Shown in pieces: positions 47,151 through 59,800 of a stretch of DNA of 64,000 nt. Origin of the DNA: Malacoraja senta (taxonomy: Eukaryota); the NCBI GenBank assembly GCA_038087875.1, contig CM075988.1:19222001-19286000 (forward strand), in the 5' to 3' direction. The notes beneath the pieces are model-generated. The model made no database searches. It was not told the DNA's origin and saw nothing but the letters and a program-made list of their open reading frames with translations. Position 1 is the stretch's first letter. The number at the start of each line of letters is the position of its first letter. The position numbers and the translations under genes are program-made.

Positions 47151-48559
47151 GAGTCCTTTGAGGCTAATATTCTGTATACTGACATCACACGTCGCTGTGA
47201 CCAACACCTAGCATGCATCCAGGTTAAGTGAGCACAGTAAACTGTAGATACAAGGAACTGCAGGTGCTGGTTTATTTTAAAAAAAAGACACAAAGTGCTG
47301 GAGTAACTTTCAGACTGAAGAAGGGTCCCAACCCAAAACATCACCAATCCATGTTCTCTGGAGATGCTGCCCGACCCACTGAGTTACCCCAACACTTTGT
47401 GTCTGAACAGCACACATTTGTTTTTGCAGACAAGGGTTATGCTTCCCCACACTTAACTACATTACGCAAATTTAGATTATGTGAAATGTCACCGTGCGTT
47501 CACATACTCAAATCATTTAATAAAGGACTGTATATATTCAGGGGAAATATCTAAATGTTTCTTTAAAATGGATGGTAAACTTCACTAACCCTGAATGCCA
47601 TTATGCTTGTAAAACTAAAAGCCACTTAAATTAAGAAACCAAACATTATACTCATTATCTTTGAAATCGCATCTTGATGATGCATAGAAACCTCACACAA
47701 ACGTAACTATGTTCAGTGAAACTAGGTCAGTATGTGTCAACTGTGGCACTTAAGCCAGTGGAACAATGGGGGTCCATTACTAATGTAGGACATGCTGAAA
47801 TATAGGCTTTGAATGCGGTGATGTAGATATCTACATTTTTCTCAGCCGAGTGTTTAACATTAGCCAGAGAGCCAAGCTGAGCTTTCTAAACAAAAGTAAT
47901 TTTTCACCTCACATTTACTCAATTTGATGGGTTTTAAGCTGTCACTTACACAATCCAATAAGCAGAGATTGGCAAATGGCTTTTCACCGACAAGATTTAT
48001 CAAGGCTTGAAAATCTCCGTTGAGGTTACACAATGGGAAACAGGATGTGTGTGACTGATAATTATTAATGTGGGTTAAAGTGTTTTACATCACAGAGCCT
48101 ACCTATGTAAATATACATGCATTTATTCAAGCTGATTCCGTTTACCCGTCACCTCCTGCACTGTCTGACCCACGCTTGTACGCGCTTAACCAATGTTTGT
48201 TTTGCAGTTTTCAAACCTGCTTTAAAATTCATCTGAAGTCGAGGTAATTTTCAACCAGCAAGGTACTTCTCCCATTTTAACCTCCCGAGCCATTCGCAAA
48301 ATTGCTCGCCCCATCATTTCCCACCTGGGCCCAGAGATCAGAATTTCCTCCATTAATCTGGCGGCCCCTTTGTGGGAAGGATGTGTAGGCTTTGGAGAGG
48401 GAGTTGTTTACCAGAATGTTTCCTTGTTCAGATTGTATTAGATATAAGGAAAGGTTGGATAGACTTGGACAGACACAAAAGGTTGGAGTAACTCAGCGGG
48501 TCAGGCAGCATCTCTGGAGAAAAGGAATAGGTGCTGTTTCGGATCGAGGATAGACACTA

Positions 48560-49608
48560 GACAATAGACAGTAAGTGCAGGAGTGGGCCATTCGGCCCTT
48601 CGAGCCAGCACCGCCATTCAATGTGATCATGGCTGATCATCCACAATCAGTATGTTTAAGAAGGAACTGCAGATGCTGGAAAATCGAAGGTAGACAAAAG
48701 TACTGGAGAAACTCAGCGGGTGAGGCAGCATCTATGGAACGACGGAAACAGGAAACGTTTCTGAAGAAAGGTTTCGGCCGGAAATGTTGCCTATTTCCTT
48801 CGCTCCATAGATGCTTCCTCATCCACAATCAGTACTCCGTTCCTGCCTTCTCCCCGTATCCCCTGACTCCACTATTTTTAAGAGCCCTATCAAGCTCTTT
48901 CTTGAAAGTATCCAGAGAACCGGCCTCCACCGCCCTGTGAGGCAGAGAATTCCACACACTCACAACTCTCTGTGTGAAAAACTGTTTCCTCATCTCCGTT
49001 CTAAATGCCTTACCCGTTATTCTTAAACTGTGGCCCCTGGTTCTGGACTCCTCCAACATCGGGAACACGTTTCCTGCCTCTAGCATGTCCAAACCCTTAA
49101 TAATCTTATATGTCTCAATAAGATCCCCTCTCATCCTTCTAAATTCCAGAGTATACAAGCCCAGCTGCTCCATTCTCTCAGCATATGACAGTCCCGCCAT
49201 CCCAGGAATTAACCATGTAAACCTACGCTGCACTGCCTCCATAGCAAGAATGTCCTTCCTCAAATTAGGGGACCAAAACTGCACACAATACTCCAGGTGT
49301 GGTCTCATTGGGGCCCTGTACAACTGCAGAAGGACCTCTTTGTTCCTATACTCAACTCCTCTTGTTATGAAGGCCAACATGCCATTCGCTTTCTTCACTG
49401 CCTGCTGTACCTGCATGCTTACTTTCATTGACTGATGAACAAAGGCCCCCGGAACCCGTTGTACTTCCCCTTTTCCCAACTTGACACCATTTAGATAATA
49501 ATCTGCCTTCCTGTTTTTGCAACCAAAGTGGATAACCTCACATTTATCCACATTAAACTGCATCTGCCATGCATCTGCCCACTCACCCAACCTGTCCAAG
49601 TCACCTTG
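48560..49608 (-). mobile_element. CR1 LINE 3' 1 kb with open RT C-terminal frame
   Basis: ORF 48829-49638: QGDLDRLGEWADAWQMQFNVDKC...RPHLEYCVQFWSP...WNSLP. Confidence 0.95.
48653..48818. mobile_element. Penelope-like fold-back inserted in the CR1 3' UTR
   Basis: 16-bp TSD tcatccacaatcagta at 48637-48652 and 48819-48834. Confidence 0.85.
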
Positions 49609-50339
49609 GATCACTTTCTCTGGAACACCAAAGGTCAAGGGGGGGGCCTAATAGAAGTATATAAAATCATGGAAGGCATGGATAAGGTAGGCAGTCAGAA
49701 CCTTTTTGCATAGCTTTAAATTGAGAGGGGCAAAGTTTAAAGGAGATGAACGAGGCAGGTATTTAACAGAGTGGGCGATGTCAGGTGTCAACATGCTGTG
49801 AGGGGTGGTGGTGGAGACAGATATGATAGGAGTGTTTAAGAGACTTTTGGATAGGCACATGGATATGCAGAGAATGAAATGTGCTGGTAGGTTAATTGCT
49901 ATTCCCATGGGTTATTGGGAATACGTTGCAGGGACACAGGTCATTAAGAGGGGGATTGAGAGTGAAGGATTACCTCACTACAAGCCAGCATGGGCTCATT
50001 GAACCAAATGTTCTCTACCTTGTAATGAGTAAGTAATAAATGCCTTAGATTATTATTATTTTTTGTGTGGGTGCTGCTGTTTCATTTGTAAAGCAAGTGA
50101 TTGAATATTTCAACATGAATTGGAGCACAACCCTTCCTCCCCTGCAGTGGATTCCCAGCAACTGGGCAATCGATGCCATACATCTCCCAGTGTCCTCATG
50201 GCTGCAATGCTGAGGCAATCAAATACCAACACTGAGGAAGGATCCATACCCAAAACCTCACATATCCATGTTCTTCAGAGATGCCGCCTGACCCACTGAG
50301 TTACTCCAGCACTTAGCATTTTTCTTGTATCTGCTACCA

Positions 50340-50529
50340 CTACCAATACCAATACCAATCTAATACCAGTACCAATACCAATACCAGTACAAATAACAAT
50401 ACCAATACCAATACCAATCCAATATCAATATCAATACCGATACCAATACCAATACCAATACCAATACCAATACCGATAACAATACTAATATCAGTACCCG
50501 TACCAATACCAATACAAATACCAATACAA
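50340..50529. repeat. (ATACCA)n hexanucleotide microsatellite
   Basis: About 30 imperfect units. Confidence 0.95.
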
Positions 50530-50627
50530 GGCAGAGAAGCAACGAGACACAAACTGTCACAAACAGATTTTCCTGACAACTTGTACAGTGAAACCATTCC
50601 ATTGTTTCCAAACATCTCTCAAGATCT

Positions 50628-50837
50628 CTGCCACAGAAGGTAGTTGAGGCCAGTTCATTGGCTATATTTAAGATGGTTAGATGTGGCCCTTGTGGCTAAA
50701 GGGATCAGGGGATATGGAGAGAAGGCAGGTACAGGATACTGAGTTGGATGATCAGCCATGATCATATTGAATGGCGGTGCAGCTCGAAGGGCCGAATGGC
50801 CTACTCCTGCACCTATTTTCTATGTTTCTATGTTTCT
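50628..50837 (+). mobile_element. CR1 3' end with (tttctatg)n tail
   Basis: gaagggccgaatggcctactcctgcacctattttctatgtttctatgtttct. Confidence 0.85.
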
Positions 50838-51769
50838 AAGATCTCTTGAAATTCATTTAAATAATTAAAAAATACTTTAAAAGAAACCATAATAAATGCA
50901 TTCTAAAGCATGTTGAATATGCTAAGTTAATTAGAATATTGATACGAGTTGAAATTAGGTCACTTTGTACAGGCACTAAATCCCCCTCTGTATCCTAGTT
51001 GTGTGTCCATGGGGTGCAGAAGGATGTCGGATGAGTTCATGCTGAATCTTCCAAATATAAATTGTGGAAGTTGGGAATGAGCTGACAGGCGCGTTGCAGC
51101 TGGCAATTCCCCAGGGAACAGCTGGCCAGCTGTTGGCAGCATCCAGCTAATTTTCTCCCAGTCTGAATATAACATCATGGCACAGGAAGACACAGAGTGC
51201 TGGAGTAGCACTGCACGTCAGGCAGCAGCTCTGGAGAAGCCTGATTCTCCTGAAATGCTGCCTGACACCCTGACTTACTCCGGCGCTCTGTGTCTTCTTT
51301 TGTAAACCAGCATCTGCAGTTCCTTATTTCTACATCATAACACATGTCAGTTGCTGCCTCTCACACCCCTTCTCCGAGGTATTTGCTGGCCGGGTAGTGA
51401 TGGCCAAACCTCCAGCCATCTCCGATAACCTGACAACTGGCAAAGCTGCCATTGATCTAGAAAGTCTCTGACGTTCAGGAAAACATAAAAAAAAATAATA
51501 AGATTGAAACAATATTTAAAAATAGCAAAGACATTAAAAAAAAAAAAGTTAACTGAAATATTGAATGATATTAAATAAAACACAGGATCATACATTTTAT
51601 AGTTGCATCTTACAGTACTTCCCCTTCTGTATTCTGTCTCTGGCTAAAGATTCCTGAAATCAATGGAGGATTTGGTGCTATGTTAGATTTGGGTCAGGAG
51701 CCCATAGTGGACATCTGTGTCTGAGTAAGTCCAGTCTGAAAAGTAGCTGAGAACAGAAGAATAAAGCGG

Positions 51770-52030
51770 ATGTAGAACGAAACTGTAGATGCTGGTTTAA
51801 ACTGAAGATTGACACAAAATGGTGGAGTAACTCAGTGGGACAGCAGCATCTCTGGATAGAAGGAATGGGTGATGTTTCGGGTTGAGACCCTTCTTCGGAC
51901 TGAAATAGTGTTAGAGTCATAGAATCATAGTCACACAGCATGAAAACAGGCATGGAAACGTCACCCATTCCTTCTATCCAGAGACGCTGCCTGTCCCGCT
52001 GAGTTACTCCAGCATTTTGCATCTATCTCA
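51770..52030. mobile_element. Penelope-like fold-back with a CR1-tail fragment in its loop
   Basis: Inverted arms around gttagagtcatagaatcatagtcacacagcatgaaaacaggc; flanked by agaataaag repeats. Confidence 0.7.
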
Positions 52031-52509
52031 GAGAATAAAGGACATAGCAGATGCGGCCCATTTGGCCCATTTTATTAACTCCTCACTTGTTAACCACTGC
52101 ATTAATTTCCCTGGATTCCCTTAAAATCAATCAGCCTCTTTCTAGAATCAATTCAATGTCCAAGCGTCTTAGAGTCATACATATGGAAACATGCTCTTCG
52201 CCCAAACTCATCCATGTCCCATCTAAGCTAGTCCCATTTGATCGCATTTGGCCCATATACCTCTAATCCTTTCCTATCCATGTACCAGTCCAAGTATCTT
52301 TTAAATGCTGTTTTGGTACTGGCCTCAACTTCCTCCACTGGCAGCTCCTTCCAACTCATTCCTGTTTGTGGGGAATAACAAACCTTCACCACCCTTTGGG
52401 AGAGGAACGTTCTTCTCATTGTTGTCCTGATTGCTGACTCATTTTGGAGACTGTTCCTTCTGGACACTACAGTCAACAAAAGCATCAACATAGGAACCCA
52501 GACATCATC

Positions 52510-52800
52510 CCAGAGGACACAGATTTAAGGTGAGGGAGGAGAGATTTAATAGGAACCTGAGGGGTAACTTTTTCACACAAAGGGTGGTAGGTGTATGGAA
52601 CAAGCTGCTGGAGGACGCAGCTCAGGCAGGTACTAATGCAATGGTTAAGAAATATTTAGAGGGGGTGCATGGATAGGACAGGTTTAGAGGGATATGGGCC
52701 AAATGCGGGTAGGTGGGACTAGTGCAGATAGGACATGTTGGCCAGTGTGGGCAAGTTGGGCTAAAGGGCCTGTTTCCTTGCAGTGTGACTCTATGACTCT
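52510..52800 (+). mobile_element. CR1 LINE 3' fragment
   Basis: tttaataggaacctgaggggtaac...gggcctgtttcc...gactctatgactct. Confidence 0.85.
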
Positions 52801-53177
52801 AACACTGCAGAACCTCATCAAGCCCCATAAGTATGTTTTATCTTTCAATGAGATAACCTCCCATTCTTGTTGTCTCTGGAGGGTTCCTATCCAAGGGACA
52901 GGATGATACCCTCCATCCCATGAGTCCACCCGGTAAATCTTTACTGTACTCTCATTTTTACAAGTATATCACTCTGCACAATACTCCATGCAGAACTGCT
53001 GGATAAAGCCAGACACTATTTGAATTATTTTCTAAACTACACAGCTCTATCTTTAAAAGAAAAAAAAATCAACAGTTTATTGATCCTGAAAAAAATCTGC
53101 AAAGTGAAATTTATCAAGTGCTTGTAGATAAATCTCAAACATTTTTCAATGCTTCCTTGCATTTTGAAGTCCATTAG

Positions 53178-53790
53178 TCCAAAAGGCACAACAGAGGATG
53201 TACTTCCTACGGCAGCTGAGGAAGCACAATCTGCCACAGGCAATGATGGTCCAATTCTACACGGCCATCGTAGAGTCTGTTCTCACCTTCTCCATCATGG
53301 TCTGGTTTGGCTCAGCCACCAAGCACAACACCTGGAGACTGCAGCGAATTGTCCGATCAGCAAGAAGGTTATTGGCTGCAACCTTCCCTCCATTGATGAA
53401 CTGTGCACTGCAAGGGCCAGGAAGCGAGCGGGCAAGATCATCTCTGACCCCTCTCACCCTGGCCACAAACTCTTTAAATCACTTCCCTCTGGAAGGCAAC
53501 TCAGGACTGTCAAAGCTGCCACAGCCAGACATAAAAACAGTTTTTATCCACGAGTAGTTGCTCTACCCAACAGCCAAAAATCTGTAGCCTCCCTTTGATC
53601 TGTTATTTTGTTGGTCCACATGCTTGATCAATTGTGTTTTATCATTAATGTTTTATTATTATTAATGTTTAGTGTTTTCTGAGTCATTCGTAACTGTCAC
53701 TGTATGTCATGTTGTTACTTGTGGGCGGAGCACCAAGGCAAATTCCTTGTATGTGAATACTTGGCCAATAAACTTACTTACTTACTTATT
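53178..53790 (+). mobile_element. Rex1-clade LINE, 5'-truncated, well preserved
   Basis: AQQRMYFLRQLRKHNLPQAMMVQFYTAIVESVLTFSIMVWFGS, then after one frameshift RKRAGKIISDPSHPGHKLFKSLPSGR...HKNSFYP; aataaa plus (ctta)n tail. Confidence 0.92.
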
Positions 53791-54007
53791 TTGTTATATT
53801 GTGTATTGTTAACAAAGGTTAACCTGTGATCTAAAGACCACATTTTCCTAACACAATTCTGTTCCATTAAGAATGAGAGAAAGGGGAAAATAGAGAAGGC
53901 GAAAACTCAGAGCAGGAGACGGACCTCTATCACCCCATGAAGCTGAGTAGAAACTCAACTTATACCTAGTCCTTCCAAATAAAACACCACTAAAGTTACT
54001 ACCGTTA

Positions 54008-54303
54008 CCACAGTAGCGCAGCGGTAGAGTTGCTGTTTTAAAGCGCTTGCAGCACTCCGGGTTCGGTTCCTGACAATGGGTCCGTATGGAGTTTGTACGT
54101 TCTCCCCGTGACCACGAAGGTTTTCTCCAAGATCTTCAGTTTCCTTCCACATTCCAAAGACGTACAGATGTGTAGGTTAATTGGTCTGGTATAAATTGTA
54201 AATTGTCCCTAGTGTATGTAGCATAGTGTTAATGTGCAGGGATCACTGGTCGGTGCGGACAGTGGGCCGAAGGGCCTGTATCCGCGCTGCATGTCTAAAC
54301 TAA
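54008..54303 (+). mobile_element. HE1/V-type SINE
   Basis: cacagtagcgcagcggtagagttgctg head; gggccgaagggcctgt tail. Confidence 0.85.
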
Positions 54304-54908
54304 ATGAAATTAGTGAGAGATAGACACAAAAATGCTGGAGTAACTCAACGGGACAGGCAGCAACTCTGGAGAGAAGGAATGGGTGACGTTTCGGGTCAAG
54401 ACCCTTCTTCAGACTGACACCTGACATCAAGATTTTAACTTTATCCCAATGGCAGAGTTTAAGCTAACGGGACTGTAGTTGTTTGCGTTTTATCTTGTTC
54501 CATGCTTGGTTCAATGCATCCATGCTGACCAAGATGTCCCATCTAAGATAGGCCTATTCCCAGCACTTGGCCCATATCCCTCTAAACCTTTCCATCCATG
54601 TACCTGTACATTGTTTTTTAAATGTTGTTATTGTACCTGCCTCAACTACTTCCTTTGTCAGTTCATTCCATTGACCCACCACCCTCTGTATGAAGAGCTT
54701 GCCCCTCGGGTTCACATCAAATCTTCCCCTATCACCTTAAAGCTACATCTAGGAGTGCAGATGCATGGTTCCTTGAAGGCCGAATCGCAGGTAGATAAGG
54801 TGGTCAAAACGGCTTTTGGCACTTTGGCCTTCATCAGTCAGAGTATTGAGTGTAGATGTTGGGAGGGTCATGTTGCAGTTGTATAAGACGTTGGTGAGAC
54901 CGCATCTA

Positions 54909-55108
54909 NNNNNNNNNNNNNNNNNNNNNNNNNNNNNNNNNNNNNNNNNNNNNNNNNNNNNNNNNNNNNNNNNNNNNNNNNNNNNNNNNNNNNNNNNNNN
55001 NNNNNNNNNNNNNNNNNNNNNNNNNNNNNNNNNNNNNNNNNNNNNNNNNNNNNNNNNNNNNNNNNNNNNNNNNNNNNNNNNNNNNNNNNNNNNNNNNNNN
55101 NNNNNNNN
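54909..55108. other. Assembly gap (200 N)
   Basis: Run of N joining a CR1 fragment on the left to the DIRS element on the right. Confidence 1.
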
Positions 55109-55960
55109 TGAAACACAAGTTCATTTTTCCAACCTGCGGCTTTTAATATATGGTCGATGGGAACGTCCATCGCCCTGGCCGCGGATGTTGCTACTGCGCT
55201 AGTGGAATGAGATGTAAACACATAAATGTTAATTCCTGCCTGAACCAACTCTTGCTTTAACCACCTTGAGATAGTCTGAACTGCCACTCTTTTATGTTGG
55301 TTTTTGTAACTGACAAATAATCCTGTTTCTTCTTGTCTTAAAGCCCTTGTGGCTTCAATGTAATGTAACAAATGTGTCCTTACACATAAACATGGAGCTG
55401 TAGGATATGCTGAGAACACAATCTTAAAACCTGTCACACCTGGCCTGCTTTGTTTGAGCAGGTCAGAAATATAAAACAGAACATTCTCTGTATTCACTTC
55501 CATTCTCTCGAACTGAAGTTTTTTGGAAAGTCTGCACTCTCTGTACTGACACCAATGCCATTAGCATAGCCAATTTCATGGTTAATTTTAACAAAGTTAT
55601 AGACGTGACAGGGACCCAATGACGAAGTATGTTACGAACAACACTTACCTCGCAGATTACCATATACCTAGGCTTAGGCGGTTTGGAATTAGATTCCTTT
55701 CATCAACCTAGATATGAGAGGGTGAGAACCTATACTTTGTGTCCGTGTACCTATTACAAGATATGCGGACAAAGCACTTCTAGCTGTATTGATAGCAGTA
55801 TAGCTAAGACCTTCATCATAATAAAGTGTAGATAAACTCTAACACATTTTCAATAACTACAGTATCATATTGAATATTCTTTTGAACACAATATTGTTCC
55901 TTTTTTTTTTTTTTTTTTTCATGTCATATACTGTTTTTGAGTACTCTTTCTCCAGACTGC
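55109..55960 (-). pseudogene. DIRS tyrosine recombinase
   Basis: LKLTMKLAMLMALVSVQRVQT, LCVRTHLLHYIEAT, QTISRWLK, FTSHSTSAVATSAA, ILKAAGW; frameshifts. Confidence 0.9.
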
Positions 55961-56129
55961 AGCGAGTATATACACCGTTAGCCTAGAAAGTCCTCGACCA
56001 ATGTAAGGCATTCTTGAAACCTGCAAACTAACAGATCCATACCATCACATAACGGATGAACTTAATGCGTTACTGGATGCTCCAGCAAATTCCTACTGTT
56101 TGGAATCAGCAAAATGAGGTTGGATCGCT

Positions 56130-56325
56130 ATCTGTAACATCAAAGGGAACCATGGTTGAATCAGGCAATTTGGTATCACCAAAACCCCTGAAGCGGCATC
56201 CTGCTTGATTTTCTCAAACACCGACCTATGAGGCAGAATGGTGGGAAAATGTACACAAACATATCATCCCAATTTAGTGAAAAAGCATCAATTGCCACTG
56301 CCCCTGGATCTGGTGCCTATGAAAC
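56130..56325 (-). pseudogene. DIRS Dam-like methyltransferase domain
   Basis: Manual translation PDPGAVAIDAFSLNWDDMFVYIFPPFCLIGRCL...KQDAASGVLVIPNCLIQPWFP. Confidence 0.8.
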
Positions 56326-56399
56326 ATATTTTGGCCTTCCATATAGAAGTACTATGTTCTTGAACACATCCTGGTTCCACATCCACTCTGTGTTATGAT

Positions 56400-57620
56400 G
56401 GAATTTTCGTGAGCTGCCATCTGGTACTACATTAAGTTTCCCTGGCAGATAGATAGCTCCAATCCAAATCTCTTTATCCCTACTCCAGGTCCAATTGTAT
56501 TTGCCAACCTGTCACATGATAACGATTTGATTCCACCCATGTGATTCATATCAGCAACTGCTGTAGTGTTGTCTATTTTGCACTGCACATGCAACTAGTT
56601 TAGTTAGTGCCATAAGCCTTGAGTCCATAAAATACTCTTGGTTAATTCCCCATGTATGCAGAAGCAATGTTCATCTGTCTCCACCGCTGGATCTTGTATC
56701 AGTAGCACCCTACCGAAGTGCTCTGACATCTGTCTGCAAATCATGGAAGCTTGGTCCAATAACACTTTGGAACTACTAGTGTACACATGCTGAATCCACC
56801 ATTGTACATCAGCAACAGCCTCTATTGATAGAAGCATAGGTCTATTATAATGACCCCAATGTATCCTCAATGCTTGTTCCTTTGACCTTTGTAATTGTCG
56901 ATAATAAAGTGGCCATATTGAACTGCTGGAAATGCTGCCAGCCATTACCACAGCAGTCTTGTCACCTGGCTAATTGAAGGCTGTGTGTTAGCAATTAACT
57001 TGATATAGCTCTTAATTAGCTGTACCCTTTTTTGCCTGGGCAAGGTCACAATGATGTTGATTAAGTCCATTGTGAACCCAACTAGTCAATTTGTGTCACA
57101 GGTATAAATTTAGATTCCTCAGAATAGCTTATAAAGCCCAATTAAAAATTGGTTTTTACCAACTGCCACTGATGCTTCAGCTGTTTCCTTTGATTGTCCT
57201 ATAAATCAAGATATTATCTAGCTGAACCATGATCACATGACCTTGACTTCTCTTCATGCCTAGAATAGGTTTTAACAACTTTGTAATCCCTCTAGGAGCT
57301 GAAGACAAACCATTAGGCAGTGGATTGTATTGGCATAATTCCCATCCAGCTGAATTTTAAATCTTCTATCCTGCAAATGAACAGACACTGAATCCGCATC
57401 TTTAAGATCTCCTTCACAAACGTTTCCATCTTAAAATGTCTATACTGTACAAAAGGGTTAAGCCTATTCAGGTCTGTATAATTCTGCTTCCCCCCATCCT
57501 TTTTTGGTCTGGGAAAGATATTGGACACAACCTGATGGCTTTGGTAAACTGCCTTAGCAATTACACCTTTATTACATAAGGTTGCAAGTTCCAGCTGAAC
57601 TTCCAATTATTCAGTGATAC
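56400..57620 (-). pseudogene. DIRS reverse transcriptase / RNase H
   Basis: VSNIFPRPKKDGG, LNPFVQYRHFKMET, CLPNGLSSAPR-like motif, HVQCKIDNTTAVADMNHMGG, IYLPGKLNVVPD. Confidence 0.85.
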
Positions 57621-58543
57621 TGGTCAAACTCCTTTTTTGGAACATGTTGCATGGGTAAATCAGAATTTGCATTTAAGCTTTATTCGATGCCCTTGAATAA
57701 CCTTCAGTATAAACATATCTGAGGTAAACATTTAATTGTATCACATTAGATCTGTCTACATGAGAACCAGACCCTCTTACCTCCTTACCACCTGGCATTC
57801 TTCCCCGGCCTTGAGATGGATATCTCACCTCCGTGGCGGTGCTACAGCCGAACGCCAACTGCGCTGCATCGTAGCTGGACTCGTCCCTTGCCCGGATCAG
57901 TCTGCTCCCTTATAGGGATACTTCCGCTTTGGTGAATATGTGGCTGCCGTCTTAGCCTCCTCCTCCAGCTCCTTCACCTGCTGTGCGAAATCTTCGCCAA
58001 ACAGCTGTGCTGGTTGCACTGTGCCAGGCTGGCAGAGTGAAGCATATTTATCATTGATGGTTGGTCTAATCGCATCTTGCGGAGGCAGTTGAACTCAAAG
58101 TGGGCACTCCACAATAGCGCCTTTTGTTGTAATTTGTCATGGCCTCTCCATCTACCATCCTGGCAAAGCTCGTTATACCAGATGCCAGCAACTTTAAAAT
58201 ATGCTGGAGCTTCACATGCTCCTGGGGTTTCATTAGTATGCCCATCTTGCCCCAATTCTTCCTGTTCCCAACAGGAACTTTTAACTGTCCTCAGTTGATT
58301 GGGGCTTCATACTTCGTTACTGTCTCATCCATTGTCAGCTCCTGTAGCTGATGTGAGACTTGGTAATTTATGCTGGTGGCAAGTTCCTCACCCAGAGGCT
58401 CACCAGCATCCGACGACATGGCAAACCGTGCTGCACACGGTGTCAGCTCTGGCAGCTGCCTGCCCTCCCTTTGGATGTCGTCGGACTCAGGGTCAGAGCG
58501 TATCTGCCCTTCTGCACTCACCTCTTGCAAAGAGGGTGCTTTC

Positions 58544-58785
58544 AAGCAGGCCTCTACTAGGCACTGCCAGCGGAGCCGTCCCCACGGCCTCCCGCCTGCA
58601 CAACTCGTCCTGGAGTATGGCTTTATGAAGCAGGCCTCTCCTAGGCACTGCCAGCGGAGCCTTCCCTAAGGCTTCCCGCCTGCACTACTCCTCCTGGAGT
58701 GTGGCTTTATGAAACAGAACCTCTCCTAGGCACTGCCAGTGGAGCCTTCTCTATGGCTTCCCACCTGCACTACTCCTCCTGGAGC
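58544..58785. repeat. 84-bp tandem repeat x3 in the DIRS gag-like region
   Basis: Units start at 58544, 58628, 58712 (aagcaggcctct.ctaggcactgccag...cctggagt.tggctttatg). Confidence 0.9.
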
Positions 58786-59576
58786 GTCTCTGTGGAGCAG
58801 CCCCTATATGAGCTGCACCTTTTGGATAACCGCTGGGGAATGGTATCCTGTCCCCGACGGGACTCTCGTGGCCCGACTCTACGGAGTCTATAGCCCTGAC
58901 AGACTTGGCGTATGCCGACCGCCCGACTTGCGTTGGCTGTGTACCCGGCTGGGCACTTTGCCAAGTCTGTCGCCGCACCGCTACCGGCTTGCGACTCTCC
59001 CGAGGTGACAGGCTGCGTTTCAGAGACTGCGTCCCGCAGCTCTCTCTCTCCTTGTCGGCAGCAGCCTGCACCTTTTACTTGTTCCTGTCTATGGGGGAAA
59101 AAAAACAGCAGAAACAATTTATTTACTTTTTCCTAACTCCTCCAAAGTCTCCCCGACTTTGGTGGAGCTGTATTTACTCACGTTGCAGAAGGAGCTCCGA
59201 GCTCCCGCTGCCATTGTCGCCAATGCGTCCGACGTAATGACGCGCATGCGCCCTGACGGGGTTCTTCACGTAGTCACTCACGTGACTCCGAAGTAAAATT
59301 ATATATAAAAAGCAAAAAAGTAAATAAATCTGTAGGTGTTTGCACTAATCACAGTACATCAGCTTCTCTCCTTATCCCCCTAAACACAAGATTGCCCATG
59401 TTGTCCATGTCCTCATCACCGAGTGTGGTTTACACTTGTGCTTTCTGTTCCACACTGCCCACCCCAAGTCCTACCAACCTCTGGGCCATTGACATTTCTC
59501 GAACAACAGGCTCTTCAAAGAATCCTCTCCGATCATCTATTGAGAAAGAATTCTAGACTCACTGCAGTTCGAAAGG

Positions 59577-59800
59577 TGTAGGAAGGAACTGGCTTACACC
59601 AAAGATAGACACAAAATGCTGGAGTACCTCAGCAGGCCAATTAGCATCTCTGCAGGAAAGAAATACGCAATGTTTCGCTACGAGACCCTTCATCAGATTT
59701 GTATGTGCCGCACCTGAAGAAGGTTCTCGATCCGAAATGTCACCTATTCCTTTTCTCCGGAGATGCTGCCTGACCTGCAGAGTTACTCCAGCATTTTCAG
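59577..59800. mobile_element. Penelope-like fold-back with a hammerhead-like core on each arm
   Basis: tgtttcgctacgagacccttcatcag (minus) and ctgaagaaggttctcgatccgaaatgtc (plus). Confidence 0.7.

Larger units (their letters stand above)
55109..59298 (-). mobile_element. DIRS1-type tyrosine-recombinase retrotransposon (degenerate; 3' end lost in the gap)
   Basis: Minus-strand order: T-rich terminus TTTTACTTCGGAGTCACGTG, gag-like region, RT, RNase H, methyltransferase-like domain, tyrosine recombinase. Confidence 0.92.

Noticed and set aside
50340..50615. GIGIGI / VLVLVL / WYWYW ORFs, or a telomeric array
   Set aside because: Translations of (ATACCA)n, which is not the vertebrate TTAGGG repeat.
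54868..55503. Phage integrase or bacterial contamination
   Set aside because: The recombinase is colinear with RT, RNase H and MT domains of a DIRS retrotransposon, and the listed ORF runs through an N gap.
59262..59290. TTCACGT as a third HDV-like ribozyme L3
   Set aside because: Flanks do not form P1/P2/P3; it is part of the DIRS terminus.
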